The notes: generated by a model not told the origin, from the sequence alone. A DNA stretch of 63,733 nt, filler included, from Octopus bimaculoides (GCF_001194135.2; 8 parts of 6 records of this genome joined end to end with filler, not necessarily neighbours in it); one strand, 5' to 3'; shown: positions 37,249-52,059, counted from the first letter of the whole stretch. A program made the numbers and translations.

Positions 37249-38002
37249 GTTTGATACGCATACAGTGTTTTCTACGTTATTACGTATTTCTCTATTTGGT
37301 AATGCTTTCTTTGCATGCGTCTATGTAAACACACACTTGCTTGTGTTAGCATGTTAATGTGTTTACATACACACACACGCAAACACACACATGTATGTAG
37401 GTGTATATAAAACCATTGCTTGTTTATTGGCATACACGCTTGTTAGTGTCAAAATGTTAATATATGTTTATATACGTATACACCCCCCACACAATTGTAT
37501 ATGCATACACATATATGCATATGCATATATATATATATATANNNNNNNNNNNNNNNNNNNNNNNNNNNNNNNNNNNNNNNNNNNNNNNNNNNNNNNNNNN
37601 NNNNNNNNNNNNNNNNNNNNNNNNNNNNNNNNNNNNNNNNNNNNNNNNNNNNNNNNNNNNNNNNNNNNNNNNNNNNNNNNNNNNNNNNNNNNNNNNNNNN
37701 NNNNNNNNNNNNNNNNNNNNNNNNNNNNNNNNNNNNNNNNNNNNNNNNNNNNNNNNNNNNNNNNNNNNNNNNNNNNNNNNNNNNNNNNNNNNNNNNNNNN
37801 NNNNNNNNNNNNNNNNNNNNNNNNNNNNNNNNNNNNNNNNNNNNNNNNNNNNNNNNNNNNNNNNNNNNNNNNNNNNNNNNNNNNNNNNNNNNNNNNNNNN
37901 NNNNNNNNNNNNNNNNNNNNNNNNNNNNNNNNNNNNNNNNNNNNNNNNNNNNNNNNNNNNNNNNNNNNNNNNNNNNNNNNNNNNNNNNNNNNNNNNNNNN
38001 NN

Positions 38003-38084
<82 letters not shown>

Positions 38085-38969
38085 GTGTCTGTGTGAACGA
38101 GAGAGAGAGAGAGACAGACAGACACAGAGAGAGTGAGTGTGTGGTACGTTTTATTCATGTACGTGTAGTCTGCATTTATAACTGTGTGTACGTATATGCG
38201 TCGCTTTCTGCAGTTTGATCCTTATCCATGTATGTGTGTGTATATCTATCTGTCTGTCTGTGTGTCTGTCTGTATGTCTGTATGTATGTATGTGTGTGGA
38301 TGTGTGTGCGTATGTTTTAGTTGCACGTTTGATCGTGAAATGGGTTTTATATGTGCGTACGTGTACGTGTGTGCGTTTGTATGCGCATGTAAATCGTTGT
38401 TTACAATATTATTTCGTTATCTATTTATATAATAAATAGTGATTATCATCAAACGAACCGAGTGTTGTGCATTGGCACAAACCTCGCACCACCACCACCA
38501 CTACTACCACTACTACCACTGCAGTCGCTAACACTGCCACTAACACCACCACCGCCACTACTATAACAGTCGCTACTACCACTGTCACTACCACCACCAC
38601 CACCACCACAACTACTATTACTACTACTGCAGTCGCTACTACCACTGTCACTACCACTACCACCACCACCACCACNNNNNNNNNNNNNNNNNNNNNNNNN
38701 NNNNNNNNNNNNNNNNNNNTTAATTAATTAANNNNNNNNNNNNNNNNNNNNNNNNNNNNNNNNNNNNNNNNNNNNATCATCATTGCTATCATCCTTACTA
38801 TCATCATCATCATCGTCGTCGTCGTCGTCGTCGTCGTCGTCCACCTCCTCCTCCTCCTCCTTCTCATCATCATCATCAGCAGCATCATCACTATCATTCA
38901 TCTATATTTTTTCTTCCCGTTGTTTCTCTCTCTAATATATATATATATATCAAAATATTTAATACACAT

Positions 38970-39041
<72 letters not shown>

Positions 39042-39734
39042 GCGTGTGCATAGAATTCTGTTAGAACGGATTTGTATAGCGACTTATGCATTTAGATATT
39101 TTTTGTATATGCTCATATGTGCATGTCATATATATACACACACATATACATGTATGTATGCACGTGTGTGTACACGTGTCTATCAAATTTAAATGTCCTT
39201 ATTTGCCTGTCTTTATATATATATGCGTAAGTATTTGTGTGTATGAAATGACATATCTAAAGACAGGTAAGTAAAGTGACAGGCTAATCTATTTTGTTGT
39301 TGTTGTTCACAATGCAGAAAATATAATTATCTTAACCATTATATTGAGAATGATGAATTATGATATTAATAATATGGAAACCTATGCAATTTTTTCAATA
39401 CATATAATCTTCCGAGTCCTAGTAGAGTTCAAGTATTTCTCGTGTTATCATTCAGGTCACAATCAAATAAAGATAAAATCCTTCCACCATTAGGGTTACA
39501 TTTGTCTACTTCAAATCTCGTAATTGTTGGAAAACATCCCAAGAACTATAAATTAGCATTATCCTCCGTTTGAGAATTTAAAATCACTTCTTTAACTTTC
39601 TAAGACATCTCAACGCTTCTAAAAGCAAGCTTCGTTTGTTTGTTTGCGTTGATCGTAATTTGAATTTAACGTATGATAGCGCCTTATAAAGCGAGCTTTC
39701 TATACACCTTAAATTTGCAGAAAAATTTGTGGTG

Positions 39735-39810
39735 GGTAGTTTAACTTAATCGGTCTAGAGCACCGCGACGCGTAATCACGGCAGTGTGAGTTCATGTCTC
39801 ATAGCTGGCT
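39735..39810 (+). pseudogene. Decayed tRNA-like sequence, possibly Thr(CGT)
   Basis: 76-nt cloverleaf spacing; T-arm GTGAG-TTCATGT-CTCAT; anticodon loop CGCGTAA; mismatched acceptor and D arms. Confidence 0.45.
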
Positions 39811-40444
39811 GCCTACACTTTTTTCTGCAAAATAGTGGTAGCTTATCCTGTTCANNNNNNNNNNNNNNNNNNNNNNNNNNNNNNNNNNNNNNNNNNNNNN
39901 NNNNNNNNNNNNNNNNNNNNNNNNNNNNNNNNNNNNNNNNNNNNNNNNNNNNNNNNNNNNNNNNNNNNNNNNNNNNNNNNNNNNNNNNNNNNNNNNNNNN
40001 NNNNNNNNNNNNNNNNNNNNNNNNNNNNNNNNNNNNNNNNNNNNNNNNNNNNNNNNNNNNNNNNNNNNNNNNNNNNNNNNNNNNNNNNNNNNNNNNNNNN
40101 NNNNNNNNNNNNNNNNNNNNNNNNNNNNNNNNNNNNNNNNNNNNNNNNNNNNNNNNNNNNNNNNNNNNNNNNNNNNNNNNNNNNNNNNNNNNNNNNNNNN
40201 NNNNNNNNNNNNNNNNNNNNNNNNNNNNNNNNNNNNNNNNNNNNNNNNNNNNNNNNNNNNNNNNNNNNNNNNNNNNNNNNNNNNNNNNNNNNNNNNNNNN
40301 NNNNNNNNNNNNNNNNNNNNNNNNNNNNNNNNNNNNNNNNNNNNNNNNNNNNNNNNNNNNNNNNNNNNNNNNNNNNNNNNNNNNNNNTATATATATATAT
40401 ATATATGCATATTTATATTTATGCACATATATGTATATATACAT

Positions 40445-40610
40445 ACGACAGGTTTCTTTTAAGTTCCGTCTACCAAATCCACTCACAAGGTTTTGGTCGG
40501 CCCTGGTCTATTAAAGAAGGCACTTGTTCAAGATGCCACACAGTGAGACTGAATTCGGGACCACGTGGTTGAGAAGCAAGCTTTTAACCACACAGCCACG
40601 CATGCGCCTA
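40445..40610 (-). mobile_element. SINE family B head
   Basis: Homology to family B. Confidence 0.75.
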
Positions 40611-41905
40611 TAACTGTAAACTTAACTATATAAGGAAACACAGAAGTGAAAGCATAAAAGAGAGAGAGAAAAAAGAGAGAGAGAGAGAGAGATGGGAAGA
40701 GAGTGGTGAAAAATATAGATAGAGAAGAGAAAACATGAAAAAGATGGAAGGCGTATAAGAGACAACGCTAGTTCGCTGTATTTGTGAGGCATGGTACATT
40801 TAGCAAATAAATTACTAGTGCTAAGGTCATGTTCAAATGGCTGCTATTAGGAATATATATTTAATCAGATCACTGCACTGAATCGTCATATACTATATAA
40901 TTGACAGTGTATTTTTTCAACACTAATTACCGAACCTTGCAATTAACACCACAATTAACTGCTTGTCGGAAGGTTGACGCGTTATCGGTGGGGAAATTAT
41001 TGACAGTATACGCAAAAACACGATCCTCAGTTAATGTTCCAGTGAGAGAATGTTTTATTTATTAAACAGCGATACTAAGCGTACTTAATGTATATTAATG
41101 AGTAAAAACATAAAAGTGATAGCGTGATGTAAGGCTAGCAATTTCAGTGTAAAAAAGAAAGAGAGATGGCGGAGTGAAATAGATTAATCGTTACGGCAAA
41201 GCAGAGAAGAAAAACGTTGAGATGAAAATATACGTATGCACTACATATGTATGCATATATACCCAAACACGAGCTCACAACACAGAGACGAATACACACA
41301 CATACGTTTATGTCTGTGTGTTTCTGTAAACCTGGTCGTGGCTATGCTGTAGAAGTAGGGATTGAGGAAGATGTGATTAATGAAAGATTTATTCGAATGT
41401 TTTGTTCAACGTAGCCTCGAACGAGTGACAAAAGCAAGTACATACGCCACATTCACCACATTCACACACACGCAATTACGCACGCAGCCACACACACGCT
41501 AGCACACAAATGCGTCTTGGCTCTTAAGTTTCATCATAATGAACCAACACAGTCTGCTCTTAAAAACGTGGGTACCACACGGAAACATGTGTCGGTCATA
41601 ATGAATGTTTGCTAAAAAAAACCTTAGTCAATCTTTCAAAGGTTTCGGTAGTTCTGCCGAAATTCATGCAGAATTAGATGAAGTTACATTGCTAGAGTTT
41701 GTCAGTTAGTTTCTCTTTACATTATCCTGTAATACAATGTTAGAAGATACGGTGTAATAATGGAATATAAGTAGATAATATGAATCTTACTGTCTACTGG
41801 CACATTTGGGGGGGGGGGCTATCAACGATCTTCAGTGCTCACGTAATTCAGTCGAACAGGATAATCACAGGACATACTGTCTGGAAACTTTCTGGTGAAA
41901 TTCGT

Positions 41906-41991
<86 letters not shown>

Positions 41992-42569
41992 CATGTATGT
42001 GTATATGCATACACGCGACACAAGTATACATACACTGAGTCCGATTGTTAATATGTTTATTCGGTTGATGCTATCTGCATTTACTTCAATTTCCGCGAAA
42101 TGTTTTTATCTAACTGGTAGCCATATTAGTCTGTAATGAAAACACTTCTTAATCCAAGATGGTGTCGCCTGCTTTATTGTTTATCACCGATCACGCACGA
42201 AAGACGTAAGAAGAAGCAATTCAAACTTAAGAAAGAAAGGTTTTATTTGAGAGAAACAGTTATTGGTAGCGGATTTTAGTTTTACTGCAACTTTACGAAA
42301 TTTTAGTTACATATTGTGTTAAGAATACTGCTCATAAGTTGGTGCAGATGATTGGACTTGAATGAGAATATAAATTAGCATTTTGTCTAAATTTCACTTT
42401 AATTTACTTGAAGCTGTTTCAATCTTCTGAATCATCTTTAGAATCAAACAGTTTCCTGACAGAAAATGTTCGAATGTTTGAAGTTTATATTTCTTTGAGT
42501 GAAGGAATTATGAAAAGTACTTTTTCTTTAATATAATGTAGGCAGCCAGGTGCAATTAGAAGCTTGATA

Positions 42570-43050
42570 TTTTCAGCCCAAATCAGTATCTTCAATTCAG
42601 TTTTCGTGCCTATCCTCAACTATGATCATGAATTGTGGGTAATAGTCGAAAGAGTAAAATCGCAAATAAATGGAGATCCTCAGAAGAATCTCTGGAGTTA
42701 CGTTAATTGACAGGGTGTGTAGTTCAGATATAAAGGAGTTCCTGCAGGTTGAGGAGCTTTCTCATTACTGGACCAGTACTAAGATATGTAATTAGAATGT
42801 TACAGGAAAGAATCGCAAGACGGATTCTTCAAGCCAAGCGGCAGGAGACCTAGGGGTAGACGAAGAAGGAGATGGTTGATAACATCCATAGTCTCAGTAG
42901 TTCCTATCGAAAACAGTCATCATTACACTATCCGATTTGGGAATCGAGCTGGAGAGAGTAATGATGTTTGCTTCTGATAAGACTCCATGGAAGAGGTGCC
43001 TGAAGACTCTACCCTCACAATCAACCCAGTAAGAGTGGAAGGAGAAGATA
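42570..43050 (+). mobile_element. RTE-clade LINE 3' end, decayed
   Basis: VPILNYDHELW..LRRISGVTLIDRV..RRPRGRRRRRW; (GATG)-like tail. Confidence 0.7.
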
Positions 43051-44220
43051 GATGACGGATGGGTGCATGGATAAAGATTTTAGTCTGATAATGCGGCTGT
43101 TGAAAGTATTTATCTTTGCAGAAAAAAAGTCATTTTATCGCATGGCGCCATTGTACTGTTTCAAGATGAGAAATATCACTTCCTTATTTCGCACAAACAT
43201 CACGAAATATAAACAATGTATTCAGTCAACGCCAATTATAGTTTCATGGCTAACGTACCATTACAAGTTTCTTCAAAGCCCTATGAACATCGAATAGAAA
43301 ATATCTTTTAAAACAAATAGTATATGCAACAAATTTTATATAATCTTTCCTTATCATTTTATTGCAGTTGTTTTGCAGATCATTCCCTCTTCATAGCTTA
43401 CAACATGCTTAGCATCACAGCATCACAAGGACCAATAAACTGAAGGCCATAAGATTGCTTCAGAGTAGTTGTGGATAATGAGTGCGGTCTAAGCACAATC
43501 TGGGACTTGACCAATCCTGGATGTGTCACCTGGGTGAGGGTGCACGATGTTTAAAAACACGAAACACCTAATGACTCCAACAAAAATGTCTGGATGACGA
43601 ATCCAGGTGCATCACAGGATGATGCATGGAGAAACTGAAACTAAATAATTAAGTAGGCTGTGTGCATCTGTCCCTAAATATTTTATCAGTGAACAATATA
43701 GACACCTTCAATACACACTTGCCTATTCTACAGCTACGGTGTATATTATTTCTTTAAATAAATATTTTCAATTTAATAGGCACTAGTGACGCTGCAATTA
43801 CATTTAGGTTAGTACCTTTGTTTGGTTATAGTTTTGCTTGTTACAGATTTCTTATGTTATATATCCATGAAACTATATCTAACCTTGAATGGATTTTGTT
43901 CAAGTTTTGTGATCTCTTTGTGAAGCGAAGCGCGAACTGGTTAATTAAGAAAGGTTGCACCAATATAGGTGAACACGTCTAAACTATGAGTGGGGTGTAA
44001 ACCAAATAATTTTTTCTAGTTTTATGCTTGTTATGCGGAGTGGTTTGGTGCATATCTTTCAGGCTTGCATTAAAACCTCTATTAAGTGGCTATTGAAGTG
44101 TAGGGAAGTTTTAATAAATTTCTCTCTCTTTGATGGTCGACCACATATAATTTCACAAATATTGCTTGCAATGTGATGTATGATCGGGTTTTCTGAAAAT
44201 TAAAAAAAGGTTGTTGACAT

Positions 44221-44283
44221 TGACTTCGAGGTTTCAGCCAACTAATCCACCGTCGGACTTAGGTGGCCGAAACTTCGAAGTCA
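44221..44283. repeat. 63-bp hairpin containing a hammerhead 3' half
   Basis: TGACTTCGAGGTTTCAGCCA..TGGCCGAAACTTCGAAGTCA. Confidence 0.75.
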
Positions 44284-44675
44284 CTATTAATAACATTCCT
44301 GCTTAAGAAGAGTAAATCTAACTCTACAAAATCCGTAAGATTAATACAAAATTCCTTTTATTATACCTGAGAATAAAAACAAACATCAACATTATATATT
44401 TATGTGTGTATGCATATATCTCGAGACTGCTCCAATCTGGCCGGTCCCAAGAAAATAAGCTAAGAGCACTAGATTCTTTGGAAGAAAGCAAGCGAATTTA
44501 TACGAAAACAAGGACGAAGAAAAGCACGGAAAAAAACGGAGAGATGGTACACTGTTATAAATGCAAACAACAGGACATTAACAACAGGTATCTTTCGACT
44601 AAGGAGGAATTAAATTAAGCTGGCGTGTGTGGAAGTGAAGTTTTACGGCAGGAACATAAGAGATGAAAATCATAT

Positions 44676-44924
44676 ATTCTTTTATTCTTTTATTTGTTTC
44701 AGTGATATGACTTCGGTCATGCTGGAGCACCGCCTTTAGTCGAGCAAATCGAGCCTCAGGACTTATTCGTTGTAAGCCTAGTACTTACTCTATCGGTCTC
44801 TTTGTTGCCGAACCACTAAGGTACGAGGACGTAAACACACCAGCATCGGTTGTTAAGCGATGTTGGGGGACAAACACATACAGACATATACATACATAAT
44901 ACATAATACATAATACATACATAC

Positions 44925-44962
<38 letters not shown>

Positions 44963-45116
44963 GACGGGCTTCTTTCAGTTTCCGCCTACCAAATCCACTC
45001 ACAAGGCTTTCGTGGGCCCGAGGCTATAGTAGAAGACACTTGCCACGCAGTGGGACTAAATCCGGAATCATGTGGTTGGTGAGCAAGCTACTTACCACAC
45101 AGCCACTCCTGCGCCT
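44676..45116 (-). mobile_element. SINE family B, full length
   Basis: Head, microsatellite middle and (TCTTTTAT) tail. Confidence 0.9.
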
Positions 45117-45299
45117 ATTAATAGATATCATTCTTTAAAAAGAATATTATGGATAATAACTTCGAAGATTCAGCTAGTTAAATCATCGTCGAACTTTGGT
45201 GCATTTGATTTTAGCTTGGCTTTATATAGTCTCTGTTACGTTGAAATCTTCTAGGGTGAGATGAGTTCTGCTGAATAATAATTAGGTTGTAACATAAGT

Positions 45300-46820
45300 T
45301 GTGATGGCAATGTGTTATGGAGAAACTTTCGTTCAAATTTTTGATTAAATGTTTTAATTCATACATGTAAAATTTTGTAATCAGATATGTATATTTAGAT
45401 GTGTCATCTTCAGGTCAAAGGCCTTCACAAAAGAATGTAGTAAGTTGTTATTCAGCAGATATGTCACTTGGCTTACTTGTTAGTTTTCTTTGGATAATAG
45501 TGAGATATTTGACCTTTTGTTTTGAGAATGTACTGGCTAAATCTCTGAGTTCACTCCAGTATTTAAACCTTTGTAATTAGGTGAGTTTACTATGAATGTC
45601 AGCCGCCAGGTAATAAGATCTTCAGGGTTCACAAAAGAATGTAAGTCGACGGTAAGCTTAGATTTGCTGGCAAACTGGTATTATTTAGGTTCTTTCGTCC
45701 GTTTATATTGTGAGTGTTGTTTATCACTTAAGCATGTCATAGTGTTATTTGCGTGGAAAATTAGTTTTTTTAATGTTCTAATACTCATAAGTGGATGCAG
45801 GTAGGTGTAAAATACTATTAGTCAACATGTTTGTCTCTGGGGAATCATTGTTCTGGAAACTATTTGGTTGCTATTTAGAAATTTTAAATTTCATGCTGAG
45901 GAAGGTAAAGTTTTTAGGCTAGTTTTTGTAAATATATCTATTTGGTTTCAAATTAAACTATTTTACAATATATAAGATTTATTAAAATGTGAAAAACCGG
46001 ATGTGTGTTTTTGTGTGTGCGCATTTTTCAAAGATAACTTTATGGGAAATTTTGCTGAAAATTTGGGAGTTCTTCAATAATTTTTCCACGATTTGTTTTC
46101 TGTAGAGTTGTAATATCAGTTTTTATGAACATTATGCAGGTAGTGTATGGTGAACATGGAGATAGAAGAAGGAATGTGGTGAGGTATTTTCCTTCATAGC
46201 CGTTAGAAAAAAATATTGGTTTGAAATGTTTTAACTTTCCACTTTGAAGATTTTGTGATTTGATACAGCGACAAATTCCGAGATTTGGTTCAGAATATTT
46301 GGATCTGGAATGTAAAAATATGGTAGGATTTGTTAGTTCATTGTCAGTAGAGGTTGTTGTTCCTATTTTATGGTCGTGCATGTGACAATAGTTTCCAATT
46401 TATTGTAGATGGAGTACTTGGTTTAAATGTTCATATATATTTGGATAGTAAGGTATCATTTTTCCTGTTTGGGTTGCGAAAAATGTGTGAGTATGTGTGT
46501 GTTGGTTTGCTGAAAACCTCACACACGTACGTTATTAGGTGGCGTAATGTTCGTGGTTACGTTTGTTCTAACATCTAAATATATATATTTGATTACAAAC
46601 TTCTACATGTGTGAATGAATTCTAAAAAAATATCACATCCCAATACTTACTAAAAAAATTCTCCGAAACACTTTACCATCGCAACTTACCATACAACATA
46701 TTTATCATTCAACAAGGCTCAGCTTAAACTAGAAAATTTGAACTTCCCAGAGAATATAAAAAGACAAGAGCAACCTAATCAGCACCACCATCTGATGATG
46801 GATTAGCACTCAGAAACATC
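45300..46820 (-). mobile_element. Third decayed Penelope-like element
   Basis: LKHFKPIFFSNGYE (PLE thumb L..L...F..NGY), degenerate NLIYC; CTGAAGATG / CTGATGATG remnants near both ends. Confidence 0.45.
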
Positions 46821-46936
46821 GAAATCACTATTAATATTATTCTTGTTAAAAGAATAATGAATTTGTACTCTACCAAGTGTATTGAGTAACTCTTCAATTT
46901 AATGTAACATTGTTTTAATATACCATAACAACAAAC

Positions 46937-46990
<54 letters not shown>

Positions 46991-47016
46991 ATGTCTGTCT
47001 GTCTGTTATACATACA

Positions 47017-47049
<33 letters not shown>

Positions 47050-47457
47050 NNNNNNNNNNNNNTATATATATATATATATATGCACACAAACATACGTATA
47101 TATTTATATATTTATTTATTTATTAAGGTCATGGGGATGAATAGAACACTGAATGAAGACTTTCATGTTTTATAACTGACGGAGATCGTAAATTTCCTCA
47201 TCGACGGGGCACCGGTCCATCTTAGGGTTTAAGGCCAACAATTTTGTGGGAATGGTTCAAGTCTAAGGCACCAACCCTAGTACTTGACTGGTAGTTTATT
47301 TCGTCGACCCGAAGACATAAACGCAAGGTTACCGTGGGCGGGTTTTGAACTCAGAACATAAATAGCCAGCAGAATATCCTGCTTATCATATTGTCCGAGA
47401 TACTAACATTTCTTCCGGATTGCCGACCTATCCGTATATGTATACACACACACACAT

Positions 47458-47490
<33 letters not shown>

Positions 47491-47724
47491 CATATATATA
47501 TATATTCATGTATGTATGTATGTATGTATGTATGTATGTATGTAGGGCGGGGGCTGTTACTAAATACCTGTTTTGTTGTCAAATTTTGTTAAATATTGCA
47601 CACGATTGATAAGAATATTCAATGAAAATCTACTTTATTAAAGCCCAGTGTTTACTCTAACTATTTACTACTAGCACCTGCCGGTTACGTACGTACATAC
47701 ATACGTACGTATATATATAAATAA

Positions 47725-47810
<86 letters not shown>

Positions 47811-48419
47811 GTACACATATATACATATATATACAAATATATACATCCATACATATGCATATACATAATATATATATATACGTATATATATACATACATA
47901 CATATATATATATACATATATATATGTATATATAAATACTGTGAAATGTTGTGAAATATAACAACACGATAAAAAGTTAACCTTCTTTAGGTACAGGTCA
48001 AATGACAGCGATTAGATATATATATAAGTAAACAGTTTATTGCACTAAGAAGTCATGCACTATATAATTGACTGTACTGCTTATTTTATTTTCTTAAACC
48101 TAATTATCAAACATTGCAATTAAGAATACAATTAACAGTAGTTGTGGGAAAGCAGGATTTTGAAAAAAATTACGTGTAAAAAATTCTTTCGTCTTAGTGA
48201 TAGCCCTATGTTTATTGTATACGATTACAATTTATATCTAATATATATTAACAAATAAAAAAAGCGGAGCGATATAATGTTCGTAATTATTTGCTTTAGT
48301 GCCCCTCTACAAAAAAGCAAAGCGAAAAACAGATCGTAATGAAATGAGCAGCGAAGCACCAAACTATCGAAAGCTTAAAAAAATAAAAATTAGGATGTAT
48401 GAACACTTATATATATATA

Positions 48420-49598
48420 TATATAACTTAGATATGTTTCGACCAAAGATTGGTCCAGGCCATGTCTAACTTAATAGCACCACCTGATACAATTAGCTAA
48501 ATTCTTTTTAAGTCACGTTCTGTGGTATCATGGTCCATTTGAGTAGGGAGTTCTTGTTGAGTTAGTTGCATCCAGGTATAGGTGGCATATCTGGTATTCC
48601 TTGAAGAAATTTGTCCAGATTCCCTTTAAAAGTGATGGGATCTTTCTCCTCTTTGATCTATTTCGGGACAATATTAAACAGAGCAAGGCTTGTTGAAGAA
48701 AAGATATTGTGTTGCAGTGTCTTTGTACGTTGTGATCCTGAATTGGGTAGGGGGCGTACAGTTCGTGGTCCTAGCCGTGGATGAAAATTAAAGCTAACGT
48801 TAAGGTCGTTTGAGCAATGCTGGTGGTATATTTTCCACATCGTGCAAATGATGTATCGATCACAGCGGCGCTGGAAAGAATAGAGTTTCAATGTTCTAAG
48901 GTCGTCGTAAAATTGTGATCAGTCATGTTCTTAATTCTTTTAGCGAATACCCTCTGGGGTGATTCAATTTTCGAGATGTTTTGTTTTATATGGGGAGATT
49001 ACAGGGGGAAGCTGTATTCGAGATGTGGCCGTACGAAGGAGGGGAAAAGTGGAATAATGACACCTTATTCTCTGGAGCGAAAAGTTCTTTGGATCCAGGA
49101 GCTCATCATACTAGCTATACCAACCTTATTGTTGTTATGAGCACTACATCTGAGATTGTTATCAACAATTGCTCCTAGGTCTCTGATATTATTAGATGCC
49201 GTGAATGGTTCCCCTAAAGGAAGAGACATGGTTGTTTTAGCATAGTCTTTCTTCCAAAATGCATCAGCTCAAATTTTCCCTCGTTTAGTTGCATTTTGTT
49301 TTTGTCTGCTCTTTGACTCACAGCATGTCATCAGCGAATATTTTCATTTTGCTGTGTTTTATGACGATGCAAAGGTCGTTGATATAGACTATAAAGAGAG
49401 GCGGGCCCAAGACAGTCCCTTGAGGGACACAACTGATGACTTTTCCTGGGATTGAGTGGATTCCACCGATCACAACATGTTCTCCAGGAAATACTCAATC
49501 CAATGTAGTAGTTTTCCACGTTTTCCAACATTTGACAATTTTGACAGAATAATATTGTGGTCAACTCTGTCGAACGCTTTACTTAAGTCAAAATAACA
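48420..49598 (-). mobile_element. CR1-group LINE, RT to 3' end, decayed
   Basis: FDLSKAFDRVDH, VPQGTVLGPPLFIVYIND, IFADD, VRPHLEY motifs; 3' stem-loop at 48428-48469. Confidence 0.85.
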
Positions 49599-49628
49599 CT
49601 CACACACATACATACATACATACATACA

Positions 49629-49664
<36 letters not shown>

Positions 49665-49881
49665 CATATATATGTATATANNNNNNNNNNNNNNNNNNNN
49701 NNNNNNNNNNNNNNNNNNNNNNNNNATATATATATATATATATACACACATACATGCATACATATATGTATATATACTAGAGTAAGCACATAAAAGCGAA
49801 ACAAGGTGGAAACAAATAGTACTCGAATACCAGAAGTAGAGTAATATGCTTATTAACAAGCAGCAAAAATATCACAAAAGG

Positions 49882-49917
49882 TGTTACTCAGAATTTCACC
49901 TTCCCGCTCGTCGGACA
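49882..49917 (-). ncRNA. Hammerhead-fold motif with variant core CCGACGA (fourth family)
   Basis: UGU-CCGACGA-GCG GGAA GGU-GAAAUUC U GAGUA-ACA. Confidence 0.4.
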
Positions 49918-50220
49918 TGTCATAGTAACGAATCTAAAGCACGCGGAGTGAAACCCGTAGGCAGAGATTGACCCTGAACACTGTTGAATATGTGCAGTAA
50001 ATGTTAACGTTCTAGCTCACTTCTGTTGTTTACAGGTGTGCTTGAAATGAAAGTGTGTAGCGTGTGGTCGTCTACTACACTTATCATTCTCTGAGCGTCT
50101 TATTTATAAATCGATTGTGATACGTCCACATATTTGTTTTTCTTTTCCTTTCCTTTTCCTCTGTGTTTGAATTGGCTATATGTATGTATGTATGTTTGTA
50201 TGTATGTATGTAGGTATGTG

Positions 50221-50260
<40 letters not shown>

Positions 50261-50619
50261 AGTGTGTGTGTGTGTGTGTGTGTATGTGTGTGTGTGTGTG
50301 TGAGTATGTATATGTATATATATGTGTGTGTGTATGTATAAACAATTGCAGTGAGGTAGACACATGATTCCTTTTCAGAAACACACTATTTTGACATCAT
50401 ATCATAAATAATAAATGTTTACGTGAAGTTAAGAATCTTTGTCTGATTCTAAATGGCTGATCTGGCTTTTACGCTGCAGTCGTTTTACGTTCAACACACG
50501 AACTCAGGTGCAAACACTTGGTGACAAGTACACTTGCATCAATACACACACATACACACACGCACTCCTAGACATACACATATATACATAAATTTATATA
50601 TACCTATGTCAATCAATCA

Positions 50620-50689
<70 letters not shown>

Positions 50690-50826
50690 ATCTAAACTTA
50701 TATATGTTACCCTATATATATATATATATATATATATGTATANNNNNNNNNNNNNNNNNNNNNNNNNNNNNNNNNNNNNNNNNNNNNNNNNNNNNNNNNN
50801 NNNNNNNNNNNNNNNNNNNNNNNNNN

Positions 50827-50862
<36 letters not shown>

Positions 50863-51058
50863 GTAAATATATATACACACACACACATGTATATATATGC
50901 ATATATATATGAATTGACAAGATAAGTGAACTGAGAAAATAGATGTTTATTCTATTAGTTAACAGCTGTTTCTTCTCAATCTGTGGCAGTTACATAAGCA
51001 ACGTTACGTCATCAGTCACACAAATCGTGCTTTAACATAACGAATGTACTACACTTCT

Positions 51059-51911
51059 AAGGCGGCGAGCTGGCAGAAATGTTAGCACGCCGGGCGAAAT
51101 GCTTCGCTGTATTTCGTCTGTCTTTACGTTATGAGTTCAAATTCCGCCGAGGTAGATTCTGACTTTCATCCTTTCGGGTTCGAGAAATTAAGTACCAGTT
51201 ACGCACTTTGGTCGATCTAATCGACCACCCCTTCCCCAAACTTTCGGACTTTGTGCTTAGAGTAGAAAATATACTACACTTCTGATTATATATATTCGTA
51301 TATATATTAATTTATATATGCATGACGGTTGAGATAGCGTATCAGTGTAGACAAAATAAAGTTAACTCAACTGGTACTTATTTTATCAACCCCAAATAGG
51401 GTAAAAACAACTGCCGCCGAAATCGCCAATGCTCTACATCATTTTGGGGATCGATAAAAAAAGTACTATTCAGATACTACTGTCGATTTTATCGACTAAC
51501 CCCATTTTAATTCAAAGTACTGACCTTGGGCTAAACTTTGAATTAAGAAATTGGCGAGTTGCGAAAATAATTAGCACGTCGGACAAAAATGCTTAGCGAC
51601 ATTTGGTCCGTCGTTACGCTTTGATTTCAAATGCTACCAAAGTCGAGTTCCACTTTTATCTTTTGGTGGTTGATGAAATAAGTACCAGTCGATTGCTGGG
51701 GTCGATGTAATCGACTAGTCCTTCCCCCAAAATATCAGGCCTTTTGCATATAGTAGAAAACAGTATTATTATTAGTTAGATCCGCCGAGGTCAACTTTGC
51801 CTTTCATTCTTTCGGGGTCGGTAAATTACGTACCAGTTACGCACTGGGGTCGATGTAATCGACTAGTCCCCTCCTCAAAAATTTCAGGCCTATAGTAGAA
51901 AGAATTATTAC

Positions 51912-51976
<65 letters not shown>

Positions 51977-52050
51977 TTAAGGCAGCGAGCTGAGAGAACT
52001 GACTTATGCCCTCTCCCAAAATGCTGACCTTGTTGCAAAATTTGAAACCA
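51059..52050 (+). mobile_element. Cluster of SINE family A copies
   Basis: Copies at about 51059-51270, 51548-51762, 51779-51906, 51979-52050. Confidence 0.8.
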
Positions 52051-52059
52051 TTATTATTA

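Noticed and set aside
48428-48469. Hammerhead-like three-way junction at the CR1-like 3' end
   Set aside because: Has GAAAC and the stems, but CAUGGCCUG replaces CUGANGA; better read as a LINE 3' recognition stem-loop
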